DNA of 64,000 bases, taken from an uncultured Pelagibacteraceae bacterium (GTDB lineage: Bacteria > Pseudomonadota > Alphaproteobacteria > Pelagibacterales > Pelagibacteraceae). Made by a program: the position numbers and the translations under genes. Of this stretch, positions 54,877 to 63,249 are shown one piece after another; position 1 is the stretch's first letter; the number at the start of each line of letters is the position of its first letter. The stretch lies in NCBI GenBank assembly GCA_902596975.1, contig CACJWS010000003.1, forward strand, positions 37,914 to 101,913, in the 5' to 3' direction. The notes under the pieces were generated by a model. It saw only the letters and a program-made list of their open reading frames with translations. It was not told the origin of the DNA and ran no database searches.

Positions 54877-56802
54877 TTAGCCTTTACCTCTCCAAGGTAT
54901 TGTCTTATCTATAATTTTTCTCAAAGTTACATCAAAAAGAAGACCCAACATACCCATTATAAAAATTGTGATCCAAATTACTTCATATTGAAAATACTTT
55001 TTGGCAACATTTTCAACAAATCCAATTCCAGTTGTACCTGCTAAAAATTCTGCTGCAACCAAAGTTCCCCAACACATACCAACCGCCACTCTAATACCTG
55101 TTAAAATTTCAGGTAAAGAATTTGGAAAAATAACATATCTAAGTATTTGTCTTTTAGAAGCACCAAGAGAATGTGCTGCATGTATTTTAGATAGCTGTGT
55201 ACCTGATGCTCCAGCTCTAGCTGAAATGATCATTATAGACAATGAAACCATAAATAATAAAAATACTTTTCCAGTATTATCAATACCTAAAACCGAGATT
55301 ATTAAAGGAGCCCACGCAAGTGGAGGTACTGGTCTATAAAGTTCAATTAATGGATCAAAGAAACCTTTAGCAAATCTATTTAAGCCCATGAAAAGTCCTA
55401 ATGGAACACCAATCAATATTCCAAAAACTAATCCAAGAAAAACTCTTAAAAATGAATCCCAAATATGACCATAAGGAACAGGGATTTTAAATAATTTAAA
55501 ATCACCAGTAACAATTTTTAAAACTTTACCTTTAAAATTTTGCTTAACCACACCGTCTTTAGTGTGAACCGGATATTCTCCAGGCAAAACATCAGCTATC
55601 CAATCTGGCAATATAAAGCCAATTATTTGGCTTACATCCATCATATCAATCCAAAGAAGTGGGATATTTTTGTAACCTACACTTGGCTTAGACATTAAAA
55701 TAAATTTATTAAGTGTATCTGAGGGTTTTGGTAACCATCTACCTGAACCTTGCTCAGAACAACTAGGACCACTTGCAACTATAGTTCCTGCAGGGAATAA
55801 AAGAATGTCAATTAATCTTAAACCCCCTTGCTCAGTTTTTTGAAGATTATCAAATTCAATAATTGCATTTTGCATTTCATTAAGAGCATTTGGTGGATAA
55901 ATACTTGCAAATTCAATTCTTCTTGCAATTTTTACAATGTTTTTTGCGTAAGTAGATGCCACTTCCTCAGTGTCATCTAAATTTTTTCTATATAATTTTA
56001 TCTCTGATTTAAGTTCTTTTATTGCATTTTTGAATTGAGGATTATGGTTTCTTAATTTAAAAAATTTATCGTTAATTTTTTTTAATTGTTCAGCTGCAGC
56101 GTGAAATTTTAATCCTCTATCTGTTTCAGGCACTAAAGGCACTTCAATAGTATTTTCTATTGATCCTGTTCCGGCACTTACAGTTACTATGCCCCAGCTT
56201 CCTTGCTCAGCAATTGCTTTTTGTCTTTCATTTTTTTGCTCTGGTGTTTCAAATGGATAATCTTTCTTTTGAAAATTAGTGCTTAACAATCTAATTTCAT
56301 CAGTCATCTCATCTATTTTAATTTTTGTGTTAATCTCCATTAGATTATCGTTAGTAAGTAATGGAATTAATTTGTTTGTTTTATTAATAAAACCAACTAA
56401 TGCAGTTTTCTGTATGTTGCTTAAATCTGGCGAATTTTGAATTTCTAAACTTATTTTTTTAAGATTTTTATTTTCTATTTTTATTATTGAAGTACTTTTG
56501 AATTCTCTTTCTTCAATTGGAAATTGATATTTTAATCCTAATAAAGACTCATTTATTTTTGCGACCTGACATAATTCATTTGCTGATTTTGGATAAAATC
56601 CTTTTGCAATATCCCAAGAATAATAAAGCCAAACTAACAATATTGCACTGCTTCCGACAATTATCCAATGAGTTCCACCTTTTGCTCTTTCTGGATTTCC
56701 AAAAACTGCATCAACTTTTTCAGTTTTTATTAAACGTCTTCCATAAAGTATGCACCCGATAATTGATACGACAATTAATATTGTTATTATTTGAGTAAAC
56801 AT
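54877..56802 (-). CDS. NitT/TauT-family ABC permease (TauC-like core) carrying an N-terminal insertion of about 375 aa
   Basis: The C-terminal 200 aa hold the permease core with EAA loop AAHSLGASKRQILRYVIFP. Two N-terminal TM helices are followed by an unrecognised domain of about 375 aa. Confidence 0.75.
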   Translation of the reverse strand: MFTQIITILIVVSIIGCILYGRRLIKTEKVDAVFGNPERAKGGTHWIIVGSSAILLVWLYYSWDIAKGFYPKSANELCQVAKINESLLGLKYQFPIEEREFKSTSIIKIENKNLKKISLEIQNSPDLSNIQKTALVGFINKTNKLIPLLTNDNLMEINTKIKIDEMTDEIRLLSTNFQKKDYPFETPEQKNERQKAIAEQGSWGIVTVSAGTGSIENTIEVPLVPETDRGLKFHAAAEQLKKINDKFFKLRNHNPQFKNAIKELKSEIKLYRKNLDDTEEVASTYAKNIVKIARRIEFASIYPPNALNEMQNAIIEFDNLQKTEQGGLRLIDILLFPAGTIVASGPSCSEQGSGRWLPKPSDTLNKFILMSKPSVGYKNIPLLWIDMMDVSQIIGFILPDWIADVLPGEYPVHTKDGVVKQNFKGKVLKIVTGDFKLFKIPVPYGHIWDSFLRVFLGLVFGILIGVPLGLFMGLNRFAKGFFDPLIELYRPVPPLAWAPLIISVLGIDNTGKVFLLFMVSLSIMIISARAGASGTQLSKIHAAHSLGASKRQILRYVIFPNSLPEILTGIRVAVGMCWGTLVAAEFLAGTTGIGFVENVAKKYFQYEVIWITIFIMGMLGLLFDVTLRKIIDKTIPWRGKG

Positions 56803-57600
56803 TTAATTTTCTTTTCCCATAATTTCTTCCTCCATGTTCCAAATCATGGATAAAATTTCTTCTCTTTTTGACGAAAAATCTTTATTTTTTTTTATTTCTC
56901 TTAAATCTTCTTTTAAACCCATCTCTGCAAATGGAAGATTATATTCTTTATGTATCCTACCTGGTCTTGGTGCCATTACGTACAACCTTTCACCAAGCAG
57001 TAGTGCTTCCTCAACCGAGTGTGTAATTAAAATAATTGTTTTTCCAGTTTCTTTCCAAATTTTCAAAACTAAAGATTGCATTTTTTCTCTTGTTAGAGCA
57101 TCAAGAGCACCTAAAGGCTCATCCATTAAAATCAAATCAGGATCATTGATTAAACACCTTGCAAGAGCTACTCTTTGCTGCATTCCTCCAGACAATTGAT
57201 ATGTTGGGGTATTTCCAAATCCTTTTAAGCCAACAATCTCTAGCCACTCATCAACTTTTTTTGAAGTTTCTATAGGATCTTTTTTTTTCATTCTGAGACC
57301 AAAGTTTACGTTCTCTGCAACAGTCAACCATTCAAATAATGCACCTTGTTGAAAAACCATGCCTCTTTCAACTCCAGGTCCATCAATTTCTTTACCATTC
57401 AAAGTTATATTTCCAGATGTTGGTCTTAAGAAACCAGCTGCAATATTTAACAAAGTTGTTTTTCCACAACCAGAAGGCCCAAGAACTGTTAGAAGTTCTC
57501 CTTTTTTTAATTTGAAATTTAAATCTTTTAAAGCATGAACAGTCTCTCCTTTTGGAGTTTTGAAAATCATGTTTAGATTTTGAGATATCAAATCACTCAT
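56803..57600 (-). CDS. tauB: NitT/TauT-family ABC ATP-binding protein (TauB-like)
   Basis: GPSGCGKTT, LSGGMQQRVALARC, ILMDEPLGALD. Zero-nt spacer to the permease gene. Confidence 0.8.
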   Translation of the reverse strand: MSDLISQNLNMIFKTPKGETVHALKDLNFKLKKGELLTVLGPSGCGKTTLLNIAAGFLRPTSGNITLNGKEIDGPGVERGMVFQQGALFEWLTVAENVNFGLRMKKKDPIETSKKVDEWLEIVGLKGFGNTPTYQLSGGMQQRVALARCLINDPDLILMDEPLGALDALTREKMQSLVLKIWKETGKTIILITHSVEEALLLGERLYVMAPRPGRIHKEYNLPFAEMGLKEDLREIKKNKDFSSKREEILSMIWNMEEEIMGKEN

Positions 57601-57628
57601 TAGCTGACTTTATATAAAATATTTACTT

Positions 57629-57661
57629 AAAAAAATAGGCACCAATAAAATTGGCGCCTAT
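57629..57661 (-). terminator. Rho-independent terminator/attenuator after the SBP gene
   Basis: Minus-strand RNA reads auaggcgccaau-uuu-auuggugccuau with one G-U pair (an A-C mismatch on the other strand), followed by seven U. Confidence 0.7.
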
Positions 57662-57682
57662 TTAATTATTCTAATCTTTAAA

Positions 57683-58624
57683 TTATAAAGGTAAGAAACT
57701 AGTGTCTACTGCTCCACCTGGAGTTCCCATTCCTTTTAAGAATGCATCTAAGTTTCCGCTTTCCATAGATTTTTTAGTTTCTTCTGGAGTTAAGAATTTA
57801 AAACCACTTAAAGTGTCTTTCATATCAGCAATTTTCATCTCTGAAGCTTTTGACATAGAATTCATATCACTTTTTCCATTTCTATATCTTTCATTTGCTT
57901 CATGAGTTACTTCAATAAAAGTTCTCAACATTCCAGGATTTTCCTTCATAAACTTGTCTGTTACAGAAGTAATATCTATTCCTAAAATACCTGCATCTCT
58001 TGCTTCTTGAACAGTTAAAAGTCTTGATCCTACAGCAACTGCAGCTTTGATAGAATTACCACCAAATAGACATGCCATTACTACATCTCCACTTACTAAT
58101 GCAGCCGCACCTTCTTCAGGGTCCATTTGAATTATATCCATTTTGCTTCTGTCAGCTCCGACAACTTTCATACTTTCGTCGAAAACGTACTCAGCCATAG
58201 TACCTAACGGAACAGCAACTTTTTTACCTTCTAATTCAGTTGCATTTGCTTTTGTTATTCCTGATGCATTAGATGTTACACAAGTTGTTCCACCCATTCC
58301 GTACTCCATTGCAATATCAACTAATTTGATAGGTGCATTTGATTTTACAGCATTAATAAATGGTACCAAACCTTGTGAGTAAGAAATATCAATATCTCCT
58401 GCTAACATTGCATCTGTCATTGCTCCACCATTTGTGAAGTTTGTCCATTTTACTGGAACTCCTAAAGCTTTAGCAAAATTCTTTTTTTGCATGTCCTCTA
58501 AATTTGGACTTGGCCACTCTAGAAAGTATGCAACTCTAACTTCGTTCGCAGCAGAGTTTGCTGCTGTGATTGTTAAGTTTAGAGCAAATAAACTTCCTAA
58601 AATGAAACTAATTATTTTTTTCAT
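57683..58624 (-). CDS. tauA: NitT/TauT-family substrate-binding protein (taurine TauA-like), secreted
   Basis: Signal peptide ending ANSAA, 313 aa NMT1/TauA-like SBP. AGGAGA RBS. Confidence 0.75.
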   Translation of the reverse strand: MKKIISFILGSLFALNLTITAANSAANEVRVAYFLEWPSPNLEDMQKKNFAKALGVPVKWTNFTNGGAMTDAMLAGDIDISYSQGLVPFINAVKSNAPIKLVDIAMEYGMGGTTCVTSNASGITKANATELEGKKVAVPLGTMAEYVFDESMKVVGADRSKMDIIQMDPEEGAAALVSGDVVMACLFGGNSIKAAVAVGSRLLTVQEARDAGILGIDITSVTDKFMKENPGMLRTFIEVTHEANERYRNGKSDMNSMSKASEMKIADMKDTLSGFKFLTPEETKKSMESGNLDAFLKGMGTPGGAVDTSFLPL

Positions 58625-58797
58625 TTCATCTCCTGTTAATTAAATTTAATTATCGATATTTAAGTTTAAATTTTCTTTTAAGTAAATGATGAATAAATTA
58701 CACAGGCTTCAAAAGTCATAAGTTACAACCTACAGTTGCGATCATTTAACATAGCAAGTATGACTAAAATTTACTGGTTAATTTATATAATTAGTCT

Positions 58798-60159
58798 ATG
58801 AATCGAAACATAATTATGAGTTCAGAAAAACCTCAAATACCAAATTCTTTGAATGAACATTGGATGCCATTTACATCTAATAGAGATTTCAAAGAATCTC
58901 CAAGATTAATTGTAGAGGCAAAAGGTGTTTATTTAAAAAATCATCAAGGTCAAACCCAGATAGATGCAAGCTCGGGATTATTTTGCAATCCTTTAGGTCA
59001 CGGAAGAGAAGAAATAATTAATGCGATTACAAATCAATTAAAAAAATTAGACTATGCTCAACCATTTCAACAAGGTTTTGGTGGTTCATTTGAACTTGCA
59101 ACAAAAATTTCTAAACATACACCAGGAAATTTAAATAGAATTTTTTATACAATTTGTGGATCTACTGCTGTTGAGACTGCAATTAAAATTGCAGTTGCAT
59201 ATCATAAAGCTAGAGGTGAAGGACATAGATTTAGATTTGTTGGAAGAGAAAGAGGTTATCACGGCATGAATATAGGAGCTACTTCCGTTGGTGGAATGAT
59301 TAATAATGTGAAAACATTTGCCAATGTTTTAATGCCGGGTGTTCTTCATATGAGACATACACATTTACCAGAACATAAATTTGTTTCAGGTCAACCTGAA
59401 ACTGGTGCGGAGATGGCAGAAGACCTTGAGAGAATTTGTACAAATTTTGGATCAGAGAATATAGCAGCTTGCATTGTTGAACCAATTGCTGGATCAACAG
59501 GAACTTTAGTTCCACCAAAAGGATATTTACAAAGATTAAGAGAAATTTGCGATAAGCATGGTATTTTATTAGTTTTTGATGAAGTTATTACAGGGTGGGG
59601 AAGAACAGGTTCGCCTTTTGCATCTCAAGAATACGGAGTTACACCAGATATTATTACAATGGCTAAAGCTACAACAAATGGAATAAGTCCTTTAGGTGCA
59701 GTTGCGTGTAAAGAAGAAATTTATGACACAGTTATGGATGGATCTCCAAAAGGAACAATAGAATTATTTCATGGTTACACTTACTCTGGAATTCCTGTCT
59801 CAGTAGCTGCAGGCTTAGCGGTTCAAGATATTTTTGAAAAAGATGATATCTTTAATAGAGCAAAAAATTTATCTCCATATTTCCAAGAAGGTTTAATGTC
59901 TTTAAAAGATATTGATGTTGTTGATAACATAAGAGGTTATGGAATGATGGGTGGTATTGATATTAAAATGCATAAAAAACCTGGCGCAGCAGGATTTACA
60001 TGTTTCAAACACTGTTATGATGCAGGAGTTAACTTTAAAGCGACTGGAGATTGTTTAATTATTGCTCCAATGTTTATCTGTGAAAAAAAACATATTGATG
60101 AAATAATAGAGAAACTAAGAACTGGTATTACCAACTATTCAAAAAGCAAAAAAAATTAA
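58798..60159 (+). CDS. Class III omega-amino-acid:pyruvate aminotransferase (taurine:pyruvate / beta-alanine:pyruvate type)
   Basis: HWMPFTSNRDF, GSTAVETAIK, DEVITGWGRTG, PLP lysine in TMAKATTNG. Alternative start at 58816. Confidence 0.85.
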   Translation: MNRNIIMSSEKPQIPNSLNEHWMPFTSNRDFKESPRLIVEAKGVYLKNHQGQTQIDASSGLFCNPLGHGREEIINAITNQLKKLDYAQPFQQGFGGSFELATKISKHTPGNLNRIFYTICGSTAVETAIKIAVAYHKARGEGHRFRFVGRERGYHGMNIGATSVGGMINNVKTFANVLMPGVLHMRHTHLPEHKFVSGQPETGAEMAEDLERICTNFGSENIAACIVEPIAGSTGTLVPPKGYLQRLREICDKHGILLVFDEVITGWGRTGSPFASQEYGVTPDIITMAKATTNGISPLGAVACKEEIYDTVMDGSPKGTIELFHGYTYSGIPVSVAAGLAVQDIFEKDDIFNRAKNLSPYFQEGLMSLKDIDVVDNIRGYGMMGGIDIKMHKKPGAAGFTCFKHCYDAGVNFKATGDCLIIAPMFICEKKHIDEIIEKLRTGITNYSKSKKN

Positions 60160-60168
60160 TTTAATTCT

Positions 60169-61287
60169 ATGAAAATCGGGGTTCCAAAAGAAATAAAGCC
60201 TCAAGAAAATAGAATTGGACTCACTCCAGAAAGTGTAAAGGCATTAACCTCTAATGGCCATGAAGTTTTAATTGAAAATAATGGAGGTTTTGAAGCAGGA
60301 TTTGAAAACGATCATTACGTATCAAGCGGAGCAAAAATAGTTAATACAGCTGAAGATATATTTAACGACTCTGACATCATCGTTAAAGTTAAAGAGCCAC
60401 AATCTAGTGAAGTAAAAATGATAAGAGAAAATCAAGTTGTCTTTACATATCTTCATCTTGCTGCAGCTAAGGAACTGACACAAGGCTTAATAGACAGCAA
60501 ATCAATATGCATCGCTTATGAAACAGTCACAGATAACAACGGAAGACTTCCTTTGCTAGCACCAATGAGTGCAGTAGCAGGAAGAATGTCAGTTCAAGCA
60601 GGTGCACATTGTTTAGAAAAAAATCAAAAAGGCCGTGGTCTTTTGTTAGGAGGAGCTCCTGGTGTAGAGCCTGGAAATGTAGTTATACTTGGAGGTGGAG
60701 TAGTAGGAGAAAATGCTGCTATAATTGCAACAGGCATGAAAGCCAAGGTTAATATTGTAGATAAATCTGAAAAAAGATTAAACGAACTTTCCCAAATATT
60801 TGGAGACAAAATAATTCCCAACTTAAGCGACAAAACTGATTTAGAAAAATTAATTTCTGAATGTGATTTGTTAGTAGGTGGAGTTTTGATACCAGGTGCT
60901 GAGGCACCAAAATTAGTTACAAAGAATATGTTAAAAAAAATGAAAAGGGGATCAGTAATTGTAGATGTTGCAATTGATCAAGGAGGATGTGTTGAAACCA
61001 GTAAACCGACTACTTTTGCAGAACCAACTTTTATAATAGATGATATAATTCATTATTGTGTTGCAAATATGCCCGGTGGTGTTCCTAGAACATCAACAAT
61101 TGCATTGAATAAAGCAACTCTTCCTTTTTTATCTAAACTAGCAAAAGATGGGTACTTAAAAGCTCTAAATGATGATCAAAATTTTCAAGCAGGATTAAAT
61201 GTATTTAAAGGAGGTGTTACTCATAAAGCTGTTGCTGATGTATTTGGTCATGATTATTTACCAGCTCAAAAGGCATTGCTTAATTAA
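60169..61287 (+). CDS. ald: Alanine dehydrogenase
   Basis: MKIGVPKEIKPQENRIGLTP, GGGVVGENAA, AIDQGGC, CVANMPG. Confidence 0.95.
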   Translation: MKIGVPKEIKPQENRIGLTPESVKALTSNGHEVLIENNGGFEAGFENDHYVSSGAKIVNTAEDIFNDSDIIVKVKEPQSSEVKMIRENQVVFTYLHLAAAKELTQGLIDSKSICIAYETVTDNNGRLPLLAPMSAVAGRMSVQAGAHCLEKNQKGRGLLLGGAPGVEPGNVVILGGGVVGENAAIIATGMKAKVNIVDKSEKRLNELSQIFGDKIIPNLSDKTDLEKLISECDLLVGGVLIPGAEAPKLVTKNMLKKMKRGSVIVDVAIDQGGCVETSKPTTFAEPTFIIDDIIHYCVANMPGGVPRTSTIALNKATLPFLSKLAKDGYLKALNDDQNFQAGLNVFKGGVTHKAVADVFGHDYLPAQKALLN

Positions 61288-61317
61288 AATCCCTAATTTT
61301 TCTTGCTTTTTCATAAA

Positions 61318-61345
61318 TTGACAAAAAAAAAATTAATTCTATATA
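61318..61345 (+). promoter_or_regulatory. Near-consensus sigma70-like promoter with no downstream same-strand gene
   Basis: TTGACA (61318-61323), a 16-nt spacer, then TATATA (61340-61345), inside a convergent intergenic region. Confidence 0.3.
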
Positions 61346-61413
61346 GCAATCATAATTTAAAAAATTATTCCTGAATTTAACATTCATTTATTTCTCTCTT
61401 TTTTGTTGAATTC

Positions 61414-61433
61414 ACCTCCTCGAAAGGGGAGGT
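61414..61433 (+). other. 8-bp stem-loop with GAAA tetraloop, better formed in the plus-strand RNA
   Basis: acctcctc-gaaa-ggggaggt, with one U-G pair on the plus strand that becomes an A-C mismatch on the minus strand. No U-tract follows on either strand. Confidence 0.4.
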
Positions 61434-61442
61434 AAAAAGGAA

Positions 61443-61817
61443 TTATATCCCTTTGTTTATTAAATTATATATTTGGTCTTTGTCAGTTAAACCAATTTCT
61501 CTTGCTACTTCACTTTCACCTTTAAAAACTACTATTGTAGTCCAATAATTTACACCTAAAGCTTTAGCAATATCTTCATGTTCTGTTTGCTCATAGAATA
61601 AAAATTCTACATCCTTAAAGTCTTTCATTGCTTGATCGAAAACTTTTGTTTGTGCTGCGCAAGTTGAACAATATTCATTCCAAGAATTAATAACAATTGT
61701 TTTACCAGATTTTTGAATTTCAAATAATTTTTTCAGATCAAAGTTTGTGGTTTTTTCAAAACCAAATGAGATATTTGGTATCAAGAATAAAATAAAAAAG
61801 ACAAAATATTTTTTCAT
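61443..61817 (-). CDS. Secreted thioredoxin-fold protein
   Basis: Signal peptide and WNEYCSTCAAQ CxxC motif. 124 aa. Confidence 0.8.
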   Translation of the reverse strand: MKKYFVFFILFLIPNISFGFEKTTNFDLKKLFEIQKSGKTIVINSWNEYCSTCAAQTKVFDQAMKDFKDVEFLFYEQTEHEDIAKALGVNYWTTIVVFKGESEVAREIGLTDKDQIYNLINKGI

Positions 61818-61830
61818 GAGCTCTATTTAA

Positions 61831-62358
61831 TTATCTGGTCATTCTTTTCAAGATGTTTTCTTTCAAAAATATTTGATGAAACAAAACTGCAAAAATATGC
61901 AATGAGATTAAAACTATTAATGTATAATTTGAAATAACGTGAACATTATAAAATTGATCTGCTAAATCAAAGTTATCTTCAATCCTTAATTTAAAAATAA
62001 AAAAATTTAGCTTTTCACCATTAAATAGCTTTTTTAAAATTCCTGATGTTGTTATTGTTAAAAGTGCGACATAAAGAGCGAAATGATTCAATTTCGCAAT
62101 CAAGTTTTGTCCAAAGAATGCCTCAGGCATTAGTTTTGGGGACTTGCTAAAAAATTTATAAATTAACCTAAATAAGGTTATGTAAAATATAGATATTCCA
62201 ACAATTACGTGCACATTTTCTATAGTTATTCTTAAATCCGAAAAATCCAATCTGACTAAAATAAACCCCATTGGTATCTGAGCAATTAGAAGGAGCAAAG
62301 TGAACCAATGGAAAAATTTAGCTAACCAACTATATTGTAATGCTATACTATTCGACAT
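61831..62358 (-). CDS. cybB: Cytochrome b561 (CybB family)
   Basis: Four TM with conserved His positions (FFHWF, NVHVIVG, LNHFALY, SLHIFAVLFHQ) and a C-terminal LKRM, as in E. coli CybB. Confidence 0.8.
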   Translation of the reverse strand: MSNSIALQYSWLAKFFHWFTLLLLIAQIPMGFILVRLDFSDLRITIENVHVIVGISIFYITLFRLIYKFFSKSPKLMPEAFFGQNLIAKLNHFALYVALLTITTSGILKKLFNGEKLNFFIFKLRIEDNFDLADQFYNVHVISNYTLIVLISLHIFAVLFHQIFLKENILKRMTR

Positions 62359-62821
62359 GAGCTATTTTATAAAAATAAATAATATTTTCAAAATAATGTT
62401 TATTGTAGCACTTTCTTTTTCATTTAACTCTAATGTTTTATCAGAAGAAAGTGCAAAAGACATTATAAAGAAAAGAAAATCTTTATTCAGTCAAAATTAT
62501 AAACTAGCAAAAAGAATTAGTATTTTGCTTAACGAAGTTGAAATTGAGGACTCAAAAAAACTAATGATTAGAATGAGTGATAATTATTTAGAATTACTAA
62601 ATTTATTTCCAGAAAATACAAAAGAGGGACATGGAACAGAGGCTTTACCAATTATTTGGGAAGAAAAAGATGAATTTAATGCTCTAATGAAAAAATCATC
62701 TGATCAAATGATAAAACTAGCCTCAATTATAGAAGACCAAGATGATTTTAGAGCAGCTTTGAAACAATATATGTGGTCGAGCTGTAAAGCTTGTCATAGC
62801 AGATATAGGGCTCCACACTAA
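62357..62821 (+). CDS. Class II c-type cytochrome (cytochrome c' / c-556 four-helix-bundle type), secreted
   Basis: C-terminal heme motif CKACHSRYR, TEALPIIWEE, helical repeats. Start is ambiguous (62300 GTG, 62357 ATG or 62396 ATG). Confidence 0.75.
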   Translation: MSYFIKINNIFKIMFIVALSFSFNSNVLSEESAKDIIKKRKSLFSQNYKLAKRISILLNEVEIEDSKKLMIRMSDNYLELLNLFPENTKEGHGTEALPIIWEEKDEFNALMKKSSDQMIKLASIIEDQDDFRAALKQYMWSSCKACHSRYRAPH

Positions 62822-63249
62822 TGAAAAAGTATTTTTTTATTCTTATTGTTTTATTTTATGCAGATACTGCTTTCTCTCATTCGCACTACCCCATAACAAG
62901 AGATTCATTAGAAGCAATTAAAAATGGCAAGATATTATACAATCAATATTGTGTTTCTTGTCACCAAGCAAATTTAGCTGGAGCTACAAATTGGCAAGGT
63001 TTAGATGAAGATGGGCATAGAAAAGCACCCCCTTTAAATGGAACTGGTCATACTTGGCATCATACAGATGAGTTACTACATAGAATGATAAAGTATGGAT
63101 TTGCTAAATTGATAAAAAATTATGAAGGCAAGATGATGGGTTTTGGTGATAAAATAAGTGATGAAGGTATTGATAACATTCTTTCGTACATTAAATCTTA
63201 TTGGAAAGATGATATTTATGAATATCATTTAGAAATGAGCAAACAATGA
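62821..63249 (+). CDS. Class I c-type cytochrome, secreted
   Basis: Signal peptide and CVSCHQ heme motif. The ATG overlaps the upstream stop. Confidence 0.85.
   Translation: MKKYFFILIVLFYADTAFSHSHYPITRDSLEAIKNGKILYNQYCVSCHQANLAGATNWQGLDEDGHRKAPPLNGTGHTWHHTDELLHRMIKYGFAKLIKNYEGKMMGFGDKISDEGIDNILSYIKSYWKDDIYEYHLEMSKQ

Noticed and set aside
58637-58652. A perfect 16-bp palindrome TAATTAAATTTAATTA 13 nt upstream of the tauA-like start, and a 14-bp palindrome CTTTAAATTTAAAG at 50494-50507 upstream of the Fbp/AEP-type SBP gene. They share the core TTAAATTTAA, which could be a common operator.
   Set aside because: The same 10-mer also occurs inside coding sequence (1332-1341 and 8098-8107). All-A/T palindromes of this size are expected by chance in spacers that are more than 80% AT, and no regulator gene is nearby. 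Worth only a genome-wide count, not a claim.
61311-61388. A 25-codon minus-strand ORF (MNVKFRNNFLNYDCYIELIFFFVNL) and an 18-codon ORF in the ald/thioredoxin spacer.
   Set aside because: There is no convincing RBS, the composition is low-complexity, and the length is within chance expectation for a 155-bp AT-rich spacer.
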